DNA from: Candidatus Woesearchaeota archaeon
Lineage (GTDB): Archaea > Nanobdellota > Nanobdellia > SCGC-AAA011-G17 > GW2011-AR18
Assembly (NCBI GenBank): GCA_018302765.1
Contig: JAGVZG010000001.1
Location: forward strand, 1-64,000
Reading direction: 5' to 3'
Length of the DNA stretch: 64,000 nt
Part shown: positions 1-9,130 of the stretch, piece by piece
Layout: every line of letters begins with the position of its first letter
How positions within the stretch are numbered: position 1 is the first letter of the stretch
Translations under genes and position numbers: made by a program
The notes under the pieces: model-generated
What the model saw: the letters and a program-made list of their open reading frames with translations, nothing else
The model's database searches: none
What the model was told of the DNA's origin: nothing

Positions 1-30
1 TACGTTGCATTTGTCAATGGAACAGGTTAA
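1..30 (+). CDS. 3' end of a CDS entering the window (YVAFVNGTG*)
   Basis: Frame 1 is open from base 1 to TAA at 28-30, followed by a T-rich tract. Too short to identify. Confidence 0.3.
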   Translation, partial: YVAFVNGTG

Positions 31-98
31 ATAAGTTTTATTTTTTATTTTTATATGACTAATTGAATTGAGGAATAGAAAGGGATGGAAGCTTACAA

Positions 99-908
99 AT
101 GAAATATAAAAGATTGGCATTAATATTTGTGATTTTTCTTTTATTTGTTTTGCCTGCGTATGCAGCTGTTATTGGAGCAGGCAAATTTGGAGAAGGTATA
201 TTTGGAGTAGGTCCTGCAGCAGCAGCTGCAGCAGCAGCAAGCAGTTCCAATGGCGGAGGCGGAGGAACTTCTTCTAATCCAGTAACTACATCAACTGTAA
301 CAACTGTTAGTGCTGGACAGGAAGTTAAGTTTAATTTTGATGGAGACAAGTCCTCAATAATAGATGTTGCTTTTACTGCTAGTACTGCATTGAATAAAAT
401 TAAAATGAGTGCAACAGATATGACAAAAGATCAAATTAAGTCAGCAGTTTCCCAATCATTAGAAGGAAATATTTACAAATATTATGAGATTAAGTCAGAG
501 AATTTTGATAATAGTGCTGTTAGTGGCGATGCTAAAATTACTTTTGATGTGGAAAATTCATGGTTTACTACAATTAATGTTAAGAAAGATAATGTAGTCA
601 TGTATAGGTTTGTTGATGGAAAATGGGAAAGTTTACCTACTCAGGTTTTAAGTGAGAATGATAAACACACTCGTTATTTAGCTTTATCACCTGGATTTAG
701 TTATTTTGCTGTTGGTGAAAAGCTTGCTCAGACAGTTCCTCCTGCAACAGGGGCAGCAACTACAGAAGTAGCACAACCAGAAAAGCCTAGTGCTCCAGAA
801 GTTGGCAAAGCTTTAAGTCCTTTAATGACTGCTGTTATAGTTGTAGTTGCAATTTTGCTTTTGGCAGCTGTAGTATACTTTGTATTCCTCAGAAAAAAAG
901 AAAAGTAA
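99..908 (+). CDS. Secreted, membrane-anchored PGF-pre-PGF domain surface protein
   Basis: Signal peptide, Ala/Gly/Ser/Thr linker, PGF-pre-PGF-like core ending LSPGFSYFAVG, C-terminal TM helix plus RKKEK. Confidence 0.8.
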   Translation: MKYKRLALIFVIFLLFVLPAYAAVIGAGKFGEGIFGVGPAAAAAAAASSSNGGGGGTSSNPVTTSTVTTVSAGQEVKFNFDGDKSSIIDVAFTASTALNKIKMSATDMTKDQIKSAVSQSLEGNIYKYYEIKSENFDNSAVSGDAKITFDVENSWFTTINVKKDNVVMYRFVDGKWESLPTQVLSENDKHTRYLALSPGFSYFAVGEKLAQTVPPATGAATTEVAQPEKPSAPEVGKALSPLMTAVIVVVAILLLAAVVYFVFLRKKEK

Positions 909-1026
909 ATTTTTGTTTTAATTCCGTAAAACCAAACAAATGGAGGATTAGCCTTCTTAAATTAATAGGGTTTCATCAGAACTAATTATGCGATAAATTT
1001 ATATATGTTAATCTCTTTTCTAATGT

Positions 1027-1317
1027 ATGACAAAGAGAATAGGCGGAGCTAGAAGAAAGACCAGACATAAACTGGCAAAAAATGTAAGGGATAAAGGGAA
1101 GATCAGTTTAACTAGATATTTTCAGGATTTTAAATCTGGTGACAAAGTTTGTTTGTCTGCTGAACCTAGTGTTCATGGTGGAATGTATTTTCCGAGATTT
1201 CATGGTAAGGTTGGCACTGTTGTTGGTAAGCAAGGCAAGTGTTATCAAGTTAAAATTAAGGACGTTCAAATGCTTAAAATTGTTTTAGCGCATCCAGTTC
1301 ATTTGAAGAAGGTTTGA
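1027..1317 (+). CDS. rpl21e: 50S ribosomal protein L21e
   Basis: FKSGDKV...PSVHGGMYFPRFHGKVGTVVGKQG...HPVHLK; canonical rpl21e-rpo4-DUF655 order. Confidence 0.97.
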   Translation: MTKRIGGARRKTRHKLAKNVRDKGKISLTRYFQDFKSGDKVCLSAEPSVHGGMYFPRFHGKVGTVVGKQGKCYQVKIKDVQMLKIVLAHPVHLKKV

Positions 1318-1658
1318 AGATGGTAGATATGACTGTTATTGAACAAAAGCCATTATTAATGGCAGACGTAAAAGAAAAATTGAGCAACATTAAAAAGGAA
1401 ACTAAAGAGCTTAATTTCAGAGCTGAGAGGGTTTATGTTTATTTGGATGAGTTTGCTAATGTAAAAAAGAAGGACGCTGATGCTTTATACAAAAAGCTTA
1501 GTGGACTTGGACTGCAAAGACTAAAAGATAAATATATTGTTAAGATTATAGACACTATGCCAGAAGATATAGAATTATTAAAGTCTTTGTTTGCAGGTGA
1601 GGCATTATCATTAAAACAAGATGAGATTAAGCAGGTATTAGACGCTTTACAAAGTTAA
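1314..1658 (+). CDS. rpo4: RNA polymerase subunit Rpo4 (RpoF)
   Basis: KIIDTMPED...L motif; position after rpl21e. Confidence 0.88.
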   Translation: MKMVDMTVIEQKPLLMADVKEKLSNIKKETKELNFRAERVYVYLDEFANVKKKDADALYKKLSGLGLQRLKDKYIVKIIDTMPEDIELLKSLFAGEALSLKQDEIKQVLDALQS

Positions 1659-1684
1659 AATGTTTTTAAGGGAAGGAAATAACA

Positions 1685-2233
1685 ATGAAAGAAGAGCACG
1701 CTGTAATATTAGATTTTCTACCGCATGGTTATCCTATGGACAGGAGACCTATGCATCTAAAGACAGCTATAGCTCAGGCTTTAGGTAAACAGACTCTTGT
1801 TTTGTTAGAATTAGTTCCTAAGAAAGATTGTTTTTTGCAACCTCATGAAGAAGTCTACATTGGAGAGGGCAAAAGAGACAAAATACACCATATAGTTGGG
1901 AAGATAACTCCAAGCAGACTTACTGAGACGGCTAAAAGTGAACTTAATTATATTATGGAAGAAATAGTTAAAAAAGATGAAGCCAGGTTTGTTGATTTTT
2001 TTAATAGGGCTGGACCTATTAATACAAGAATGCACCAACTTGAATTATTGCCTGGCATAGGAAAGAAACACATGCTTACTATTTTACAGGCAAGAGAAGA
2101 AAAGCCATTTGAAAATTTTGCTGATATAAAAAATAGGGTTAGTTTATTGCCTGATCCTGAAAAAGCTGTAATAAAGAGGATACTGCTTGAACTAGAAGGC
2201 GATGAAAAACATTATTTGTTTGTTAAAATGTGA
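1685..2233 (+). CDS. DUF655 family putative nucleotide-binding protein
   Basis: LDFLPHGYP, LLELVPK, RMHQLELLPGIGKK (HhH); conserved position after rpo4. Confidence 0.93.
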   Translation: MKEEHAVILDFLPHGYPMDRRPMHLKTAIAQALGKQTLVLLELVPKKDCFLQPHEEVYIGEGKRDKIHHIVGKITPSRLTETAKSELNYIMEEIVKKDEARFVDFFNRAGPINTRMHQLELLPGIGKKHMLTILQAREEKPFENFADIKNRVSLLPDPEKAVIKRILLELEGDEKHYLFVKM

Positions 2234-2436
2234 AAATTAAGTGAAGATAATAATATAGATTTGGGTAAAATATGTGTAGATCCTGACGGATATGCTGGAC
2301 CAGTACCAGGCGCGTGTGTAAAAGTAACACCTTAACTATTGAATATTTATTCTTAAATTAAAAGAAATCAAAATTTTTAAGATCTTCACAATCCTAAACG
2401 TATTTTTCGTTTGTTTATTGAGACGTCATAAAAAGC

Positions 2437-2444
2437 TTTATAAA
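2437..2444 (+). promoter_or_regulatory. TATA box (TTTATAAA) with upstream A-rich BRE for the rps13 operon
   Basis: AAAAGCTTTATAAA ends 22 nt before the rps13 ATG. Confidence 0.6.
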
Positions 2445-2466
2445 TTACTCTCTAATCTTTTTTTAA

Positions 2467-2955
2467 ATGGAAGAAGGAAAACAACAATTGAAGCCTTTTT
2501 TTAGAGTTATGAATACAGATTTGATAGGTGAGAAACCAATAGTTCAGGCATTGTTGAAGATTAAAGGCGTGGGTTTTAGTATGGCTAGCGCTATATGCAA
2601 CACTTTGAATATTCCTAAAAACAAGAAAGCAGGTTCATTAACTGACGTTGATGCAAAGAAAATTGAGAGCTTGATAAAAGAGGCTAAAGATCTTCCACAC
2701 TGGATGTTGAATAGAAGGTTTGATGAGGTTAGCGGAGAAACAAATCATTTAACGGGATCTGATTTAAATTTTGCTGTTGAGAATGATGTTAAGAGATTAA
2801 AGAAAGTTAAATCTTACAGAGGAATTAGGCATGCACAGGGACAGCCTTCAAGAGGCCAAAGAACAAGGAGTCATTTTAGGCATGGAAGGGCTGTTGGCGT
2901 TCAGAAAAGTAAGGTTGGAAAGTCTATTGCTCCAGCTAAGGAGACTAAAAAATGA
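2467..2955 (+). CDS. rps13: 30S ribosomal protein S13
   Basis: ALLKIKGVG, SYRGIRHAQGQPSRGQRTRS. Confidence 0.98.
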   Translation: MEEGKQQLKPFFRVMNTDLIGEKPIVQALLKIKGVGFSMASAICNTLNIPKNKKAGSLTDVDAKKIESLIKEAKDLPHWMLNRRFDEVSGETNHLTGSDLNFAVENDVKRLKKVKSYRGIRHAQGQPSRGQRTRSHFRHGRAVGVQKSKVGKSIAPAKETKK

Positions 2956-3002
2956 AATTTTTATTTGTAAATAAAATTGTAAACTTTGGAGGTTTTTTTT
3001 AG

Positions 3003-3668
3003 ATGGGAGATCCAAAAAAAACCAGAAGCAAGTACAAGGGTCCTAGTCATCCTTGGGAGTCTTGGAGGATTGAGGAAGAAAGAATTATAAAAAGAAATTA
3101 TGGTTTAAAGAATAAAAGTGAAATTTGGAAGGCTACTTCTGGACTAAGGAGATTAAATGCCCAAGCTAAGAAACTAATTAGAGAGAGAGGAAAGGGAAAT
3201 CTACAAGCTGAAAAAGAGCAAAAGCAGCTTTTGGAAAGATTGTTTAAATTAGGACTAGTTAATGACGGCGCTACGCTTGAAGATGTGCTTGCTTTAGAAT
3301 TAAAAAGTATTTTAGATAGAAGACTACAAGCAATAGTCTTTAAATCAGGCATGACTTTAACTTCTAAGCAAGCCAGGCAGTTTATTGTTCATGGTGGCAT
3401 ATGCGTAAATGGAAGAAAGATTACTGTTCCTTCTTATTTAGTTAGTAGAGAAGAACAATTTTTAATTAGTTTTAATCCAAATTCTAGTTTAGCTTCTGAG
3501 GGACATCCAGAAAGGGCTAAAAGGACGCAGATTAGGGAAGCTGCTGAAAAGAAGAGGGCTGCTGAAGAAGAGGCTGCTGCTGAAGAGACTAGGAAATTAG
3601 CTGGAGACCTCACAGAGGAAGAACTTAAGAAAATAGAAAAAGAAATAGGAGAGGTTGTTGCTAAATGA
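3003..3668 (+). CDS. rps4: 30S ribosomal protein S4 with an Ala/Glu-rich C-terminal extension
   Basis: MGDPKK...[19 protein letters not shown]. Confidence 0.98.
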   Translation: MGDPKKTRSKYKGPSHPWESWRIEEERIIKRNYGLKNKSEIWKATSGLRRLNAQAKKLIRERGKGNLQAEKEQKQLLERLFKLGLVNDGATLEDVLALELKSILDRRLQAIVFKSGMTLTSKQARQFIVHGGICVNGRKITVPSYLVSREEQFLISFNPNSSLASEGHPERAKRTQIREAAEKKRAAEEEAAAEETRKLAGDLTEEELKKIEKEIGEVVAK

Positions 3669-4063
3669 ATGATCAGAAGTTGAGATGGGGAATAGCACAT
3701 ATTTATTCATCTTATAATAATACAATAATTCATATAACTGACCTGACTGGTTCGGAAACACTTGGAAGGGCTTCTGGTGGTATGGTTGTTAAAGCGCACA
3801 GAATGGAAGGCTCCCCTACTGCAGCTATGAATGCTGCTAAGATTGCTGCTGAGCAAGCTAGGGAAAAAGGAATAAATGCTTTGCATATTAAAGTTAGAGC
3901 TCCTGGTGGCCATAACGGACCTTCAAGCACTGGACCTGGTGCTAATGCTGCTGTAAGAGCTTTAAGCAGGGCTGGTTTTAGAATTGGAATTATAGAAGAT
4001 GTAACTACTTTCCCAACAGATACATGTAGGAGAAAATGGGGAAAGAGAGGAAGACGTGTATAA
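3665..4063 (+). CDS. rps11: 30S ribosomal protein S11
   Basis: [37 protein letters not shown]. Confidence 0.98.
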   Translation: MNDQKLRWGIAHIYSSYNNTIIHITDLTGSETLGRASGGMVVKAHRMEGSPTAAMNAAKIAAEQAREKGINALHIKVRAPGGHNGPSSTGPGANAAVRALSRAGFRIGIIEDVTTFPTDTCRRKWGKRGRRV

Positions 4064-4071
4064 ATAAAATA

Positions 4072-4136
4072 GAGTCTGGGGTTATCCCCACAGCTTGCTG
4101 TGAAGTGAGCGTATTCGCGAACGATGGGATAGGCTC
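4072..4136. ncRNA. Candidate small structured RNA element (family unknown)
   Basis: 36 of 65 nt are G+C in AT-rich flanks. Stems GAGTCT/AGGCTC and TATCCC/GGGATA enclose hairpins CACAG-CTTG-CTGTG and GCG-TATT-CGC. Confidence 0.4.
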
Positions 4137-4349
4137 GGAATTAGTTTACTATATGAAATATTTTAGTTATTCCATTCTTCATCTTCAAATTCTTTTATAT
4201 CTACTTCTTTAGGATTTATTTTTAATCTTAGTAATTCTTTTTTGTATATTTATTATTGCTGTAAGTACTTTATTTTGCTTCTTAATGCCAAAAAAATATG
4301 ATTAAAATATCAAAGCAAGTTTTATAAACTATTTATTTATCTTTTCTTT

Positions 4350-4505
4350 ATGGCAGATCAAAAAATACAAATGCCTTCATCTGGTGGCGGATTAGTAAGA
4401 TATTTTGATGATATTAAAACTAAATTTGAGATTAAACCAATTTACGTTATTGCTTTAATTATTTTGGTTGTTATTGTAGAATTATATTTATATAAATTCT
4501 TATAA
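4350..4505 (+). CDS. secG: Preprotein translocase subunit Sec61beta (51 aa; missed by ORF track)
   Basis: Manual translation MADQKIQMPSSGGGLVRYFDDIKTKFEIKPIYVIALIILVVIVELYLYKFL; TATA at 4321-4328. Confidence 0.92.
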   Translation: MADQKIQMPSSGGGLVRYFDDIKTKFEIKPIYVIALIILVVIVELYLYKFL

Positions 4506-5127
4506 TTAGTAATACCACCTAGCTCTTCTATCTCTGCAATCAACGTGAGTAATAGTTGATCCTCTACCTATTCCTCCATTTGCGAAAACTCTTTCAAATC
4601 TTTTTCTAATTTTAGGTTTGTTTAAAACATATATCAAATCAACAGCGTCTCCACTCTGGTGTCTGCTTAATTTTTTACCACCTGATTTTTTGTTGTAAGT
4701 TGTAGGTCTGTAACCAGAAGCTATTTCTAATTCTCCTGTACTTGGTCTTACTTTTTCAAGGTACTTTACAAGATCTGGATCTAATACATCTAAAATAGTC
4801 TTCTTCACCTATTCTTTGTTTATATTTTTCTGGCACATCTTCTTGGTGGTGTATCAATGCAAACTCTCCAACATCAAAATGTGGAGAAACTTTTTTGTCT
4901 AAGTCACTAGGCCTTACTCTTACTAGTTTATTTCCTGAATTATTTGGATCTCTAAAATATTTTTGAGGACAATCTTTATCATTAGGATTCGTTACAACTT
5001 CAAGTTTTAAGCCACTTGGATAAGTAACGTATTTCTTTTTTGGAACTCTTGCTCTAGTTCCGGCTTCTGCATCTCCAATATATAGGGCATATCCTAGAAT
5101 TAAAGGAATTAAAGTTTTATTTGTCAT
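4506..5127 (-). pseudogene. Frameshifted secreted peptidase M15A (D-Ala-D-Ala metallopeptidase-like)
   Basis: ORF 4756-5127 has the signal anchor and VSPHFDVGEF. ORF 4506-4808 has SGYR..YN..GG..SRHQSGDAVD..GGIG..THVDCR..ARW. The frame change lies near 4791-4798. Confidence 0.78.
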
Positions 5128-5183
5128 GGAAAAACAAAAAAGTAATACTATTTAAAGTTTACTACTTGTTAGTGATATAGTAA

Positions 5184-5570
5184 TTATTTTTCATATATAA
5201 CGTCTTGGGCAGTACTAATTTGAGAAAATAGATTCATGTAGTCTTTATAATGTTTTGTTTGTTTTAGCGTATCTAATCTTCTGTCAAGCACGTACAGCCT
5301 TTTTGGAGCTTTTTCTTTTATATCGTCTTCATTTTTTATATTTACTATTGAAATATTTGGCAGGAAGTCATCATTGTCTTCATATGATTTTTTCATATTT
5401 TTTACTTGTTTTAATAATTTTTCAATTAATAAGTTAAAATTTTCTTCTAAAATCATTTCCATAGGTAAAGAGGAACCGTCTGAGAAATTTATATTTAGGC
5501 TTAATCTGTGTGTTTTATGGTCAACTTTATTTAGAACTATTGCTGTCACCTCTAAATTTTTTACTTGCAT
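5184..5570 (-). CDS. Hypothetical protein
   Basis: 128-aa ORF with plausible composition; no recognisable motif. Confidence 0.7.
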   Translation of the reverse strand: MQVKNLEVTAIVLNKVDHKTHRLSLNINFSDGSSLPMEMILEENFNLLIEKLLKQVKNMKKSYEDNDDFLPNISIVNIKNEDDIKEKAPKRLYVLDRRLDTLKQTKHYKDYMNLFSQISTAQDVIYEK

Positions 5571-5661
5571 AAGTTTTTTAGTTACAAACTTATTTAAATA
5601 TATTTTGAAATTTATTTATAATTGATTATATTTAATTAAACATAATTTTTAGTAATAGAAG

Positions 5662-5916
5662 TTATTGTTTTTTGACTTTCTTTACTTTTATTACGTCTGA
5701 TGGATCAGTTTCCCCTATAGAAAATAGATCTCCAAGGCGTGTGCTAATTGTATACGGTGCAAATTTACATACTGCTTCAAATGTTGGCGTTTCTCTAAGT
5801 TTTTCGTAAGCGCTTTTATGTGTGTCTCCATCTAATAACGTTTCTCCCCTTACTGCAATTTTATTGCCGTTAGGCGTACCTGCTAAAAAGTTCCATCTAA
5901 AGTTATACATTGGCAT
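5662..5916 (-). CDS. Hypothetical protein
   Basis: 84-aa ATG ORF with AT-rich promoter-like upstream region. Confidence 0.6.
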   Translation of the reverse strand: MPMYNFRWNFLAGTPNGNKIAVRGETLLDGDTHKSAYEKLRETPTFEAVCKFAPYTISTRLGDLFSIGETDPSDVIKVKKVKKQ

Positions 5917-5965
5917 AAATTTATTACTAATTGGTAGTATATAAATTTTTCTTTTTTAGGGATTT

Positions 5966-6335
5966 GTAGGTAAGAAATAAGCCGCCTTTTGTCAAAACCA
6001 AACAACAATCATAAAGATTGATGCGATGCTTTGCCTTAACATTCTACTAAGCGTCTTTTAGACTTGCACCGACCAGGTCCATCGTTTCATCGTTTCCTAT
6101 AAGGACGTCAGCAGGTTATCTAAGTCCTGTCGCCAGAACCCTCACTGTATCATTCCAATCTTATAGGCCGTGCCGTTTCTCTATGGTTTCCTTTCATTAC
6201 TGAAACTTTTTCAAGTAGCCCTCTTTCAGACTTGCCTTATTGGCAGTAGTGGGCGGACTTTCCTCACAATCCCTCAAAATTAGCTTTTTATAGCTTAAAC
6301 CTTGGCAGGATGCGTTGGTTAAGTTTCTTACCTAC
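5966..6335 (-). ncRNA. rnpB: RNase P RNA
   Basis: Minus strand has GAGGAAAGUCCG (CR-I) and ACAAAAGGCGGCUUA (CR-V). Perfect terminal helix GTAGGTAAGAAA/TTTCTTACCTAC. Confidence 0.95.
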
Positions 6336-6370
6336 TTGGATTAATAGCATTAGAAAGTTTATAAGTGTTT

Positions 6371-7672
6371 TTAATTTCCTTTGAATATTGCTACAGACAA
6401 TGGTATATTCTTAAAAATTTGTCTTGCAGCAAGCATAACATCTTCATGAGTTTGTTTTCTAAATATGTTTGTTATTCTATCATAATTATATTCTGTTCCG
6501 TAAAAAGCATTTTGGGATAAATCCATCGCGAGCCCTTCTGATTCAGGCCCATTATAATCTCTTGCTATACTTAATAGTAATGCTTTTTTGCATTTCTCAA
6601 ATTCATTTTCTGGTATTTCTGAATTTCTCAATCTGTCAATTTCTTTTAACATTATTTTTTTTACATCATCAATATTTTTTGTTAATATTCCTTCACAAGT
6701 TATAGTACCCATTCCTAAATTATCACTATATAATTCTAAATCTGTTTTTATATTGTAAATCATTCTTCTTTTATCTCTTAATTCCTTCCATAATCTGGAA
6801 CTTGTCTGGTATTCTTTAAACATGCCTGCAAGATAAAGAATTAGTAATTGGTTTGCATATAAATATTTATTTTTATAGCCTCCAATTTGGAATGCTATAG
6901 AAACTTTGTTGTCTGCATGCCTTCTTGTTGATATTTCTTTTTCTTGATATTTAGCATTACCAATGTCGAAATTTTCAGTTCTTCCACCAATATCTCTAGG
7001 CAGTTTTCCAAAAGTATCATTTAATTTATCTATTAGTCTTTGAGTATCTGTTCCTGCTATTCCAATACATACGCCCTTTCCACCAATATACTTTTCTTTT
7101 AATTCTTTTATTCTATCTGTTGTAAGTTTTAGAGTCCCTTGTCTTCTTTCTTTGCCTTGATTAAAATAAGTATGAGCTAATAGGTTCTTTCTATGTATTA
7201 ATTCTAATGTATATTCTGGATCCACTATTCTTTCTTGGAATTCTCCCAATATTACTGTTTTTTCTTCTTCAACTGTTTCATCGTCTATTTGAGGATTTAC
7301 TATGCTTTGATATAGAAGTTCTATAATTCTTGGAGTATTTGCTTCTACACCATTAACAATAAATTCCATTTGATCGTAGCCTGTGAATGCTTGATATCCA
7401 CCCCCTAGTACTTCAATTTCTCTTTCTATTGAATCAGTTTCTTTTAGTCCTTTTTTGGCTCTGACAATCAGGTGTTCTAGCAAGTGAGAACCATGTAGGT
7501 CGTCTTTAAATCCAAAAGGAAATAGTACTGAGGCTGCTGCATCAAAACTTCTTGTTTTTCCAACATTTACTACTATGCCATTATCTAGTTCTAAATACTC
7601 TGTCTGAGTAGGAGTTATTTTAATTCTTTTTGCTGGTAAAATTTTTTTTCTTGCTGAGCAATTGAATTTCAT
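6371..7672 (-). CDS. M16 (insulinase/pitrilysin) family zinc peptidase
   Basis: Inverted zinc motif HLLEH, AFTG, EEKTVILGE. Confidence 0.9.
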   Translation of the reverse strand: MKFNCSARKKILPAKRIKITPTQTEYLELDNGIVVNVGKTRSFDAAASVLFPFGFKDDLHGSHLLEHLIVRAKKGLKETDSIEREIEVLGGGYQAFTGYDQMEFIVNGVEANTPRIIELLYQSIVNPQIDDETVEEEKTVILGEFQERIVDPEYTLELIHRKNLLAHTYFNQGKERRQGTLKLTTDRIKELKEKYIGGKGVCIGIAGTDTQRLIDKLNDTFGKLPRDIGGRTENFDIGNAKYQEKEISTRRHADNKVSIAFQIGGYKNKYLYANQLLILYLAGMFKEYQTSSRLWKELRDKRRMIYNIKTDLELYSDNLGMGTITCEGILTKNIDDVKKIMLKEIDRLRNSEIPENEFEKCKKALLLSIARDYNGPESEGLAMDLSQNAFYGTEYNYDRITNIFRKQTHEDVMLAARQIFKNIPLSVAIFKGN

Positions 7673-7786
7673 ATTTTTATTCTTTTGAAAATATTTTTAA
7701 GGTTAACGTTTTATTTAACAATATTCTTTAAAATATATATTGGTTTTATAAAAACATTTATTAAGTCTATTTTTAACTTAGATTTC

Positions 7787-8278
7787 ATGATTGAAAGAAC
7801 TTTGATTTTGGTTAAGCCAGATGGGGTACAAAGGCATTTGGTTGGTGAGGTAATTTCTAGGTTTGAAAAAGCTGGTTTGAAGATTGTTGGTATGAAAATG
7901 GTGTGGTGCGACAAAGAACACGCTATGAAGCATTATACTGAAGATATAACTGTTAGAAGGGGAGAACATGTGAGAAATAAACTTTTAAGATTTTTAGTTA
8001 TGGGGCCTGTTGTTGCTTTATGCTTAGAAGGAATAGAGGCTGTAGATGTTGTAAGGAAAATTGTTGGAGATACGCAGCCTAAGACAGCTGCTCCTGGTAC
8101 AATAAGAGGAGACTATGCACATATTTCTTATGCTTATGCTGATGCCCATGATAAAGCAATACCTAACTTAATACATGCTTCTGGAAATAAGGATGAGGCA
8201 AAAGCTGAGATTGCTTTATGGTTTAAAGATTCTGAACTATATAATTATAAATTACCACATGAAGAACATATTTTATAA
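7787..8278 (+). CDS. ndk: Nucleoside diphosphate kinase (start trimmed to ATG 7787)
   Basis: ERTLILVKPDGVQR, PGTIRGDY, NLIHAS. Confidence 0.97.
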   Translation: MIERTLILVKPDGVQRHLVGEVISRFEKAGLKIVGMKMVWCDKEHAMKHYTEDITVRRGEHVRNKLLRFLVMGPVVALCLEGIEAVDVVRKIVGDTQPKTAAPGTIRGDYAHISYAYADAHDKAIPNLIHASGNKDEAKAEIALWFKDSELYNYKLPHEEHIL

Positions 8279-8362
8279 ATTTAGAAAATCATCTAAGAAT
8301 AAATCCAAATATTTCTAAGAAATAATTTTAGCAACTTTTCAAAATCTAAATTTATTTTATAA

Positions 8363-9049
8363 TTAAATTATAGCAACAACTACTGCTCCTAGAACTACAG
8401 ATGCAACTACATAAATATTGAATTTCTTGTGAGCTTCTGGAAGCAGATCACTTGCTCCTACGTATAGAAATGTTCCTGCTGCAAATGCCAGAATTATTGG
8501 AAGAGAAGACATTGGAAATAATGGTGCAAGCAAAACCCCTAAAGGAGTAAAAAATGCATCAACAGCCAATGCTGATACTGCTGCCTTGTTTGTCTTTTTA
8601 GCTGCTTTCATTATTATTGTTGTTGAAAAGCCCCTAGGTATTTCGTGCACTAAAACAGCTGCAGCTATAGTAATACCAAGTCCGGGATTTATTACATAAC
8701 CTGCTGCAATAATAAGGCCATCTGCCAGACTTTCTGTCGCTATTCCTATTAATGCAGGCCATCCTGTTGGATGTACTTCACATTCGTGTTCTCCGCATGC
8801 ATATATTAGAACTAGTTTTTCTATAAGATAAATTAGAAAAAAACCAGCAGCTATAGCTATTGGATATTTTATTCCTGCTTCTGGCAGCAAATCAAAAATT
8901 GCGATTGATATAATTGCTCCTGAAGAAAAACCCACTAGATATCTTATGTCTATCTTTTTGAATAATTTTGTTAATGGAAGTAAACCTCCTAGAAATGTTG
9001 CTATAGAAATAATTAGTGCAATAATAAATGCAATTATTATCGACTGCAT
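8363..9049 (-). CDS. ZIP family divalent metal transporter
   Basis: Multi-TM; FDLLPEA, VLVHEIPRG, YVGASDLLPEAH. Confidence 0.92.
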   Translation of the reverse strand: MQSIIIAFIIALIISIATFLGGLLPLTKLFKKIDIRYLVGFSSGAIISIAIFDLLPEAGIKYPIAIAAGFFLIYLIEKLVLIYACGEHECEVHPTGWPALIGIATESLADGLIIAAGYVINPGLGITIAAAVLVHEIPRGFSTTIIMKAAKKTNKAAVSALAVDAFFTPLGVLLAPLFPMSSLPIILAFAAGTFLYVGASDLLPEAHKKFNIYVVASVVLGAVVVAII

Positions 9050-9130
9050 ATTAAGTTAGAATTTGAATTCTTAATAAAATTATCTAATGCAATAAAAACC
9101 TTAATAAATTAAGTTTAAGTCATAATATCA

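Noticed and set aside
59-349. Minus-strand Ala/Pro-rich ORF and GCA/GGC-type triplet runs
   Set aside because: It is the antisense of the Ala/Gly linker of the surface protein: low complexity, not a repeat element
4150-4250. Short minus-strand peptide (IYKKELLRLKINPKEVDIKEFEDEEWNN)
   Set aside because: No start codon before an in-frame stop; at most a small relic
7685-7786. 34-aa N-terminal extension of Ndk in the ORF track
   Set aside because: TTG start in AT-rich promoter DNA; homology begins at ATG 7787
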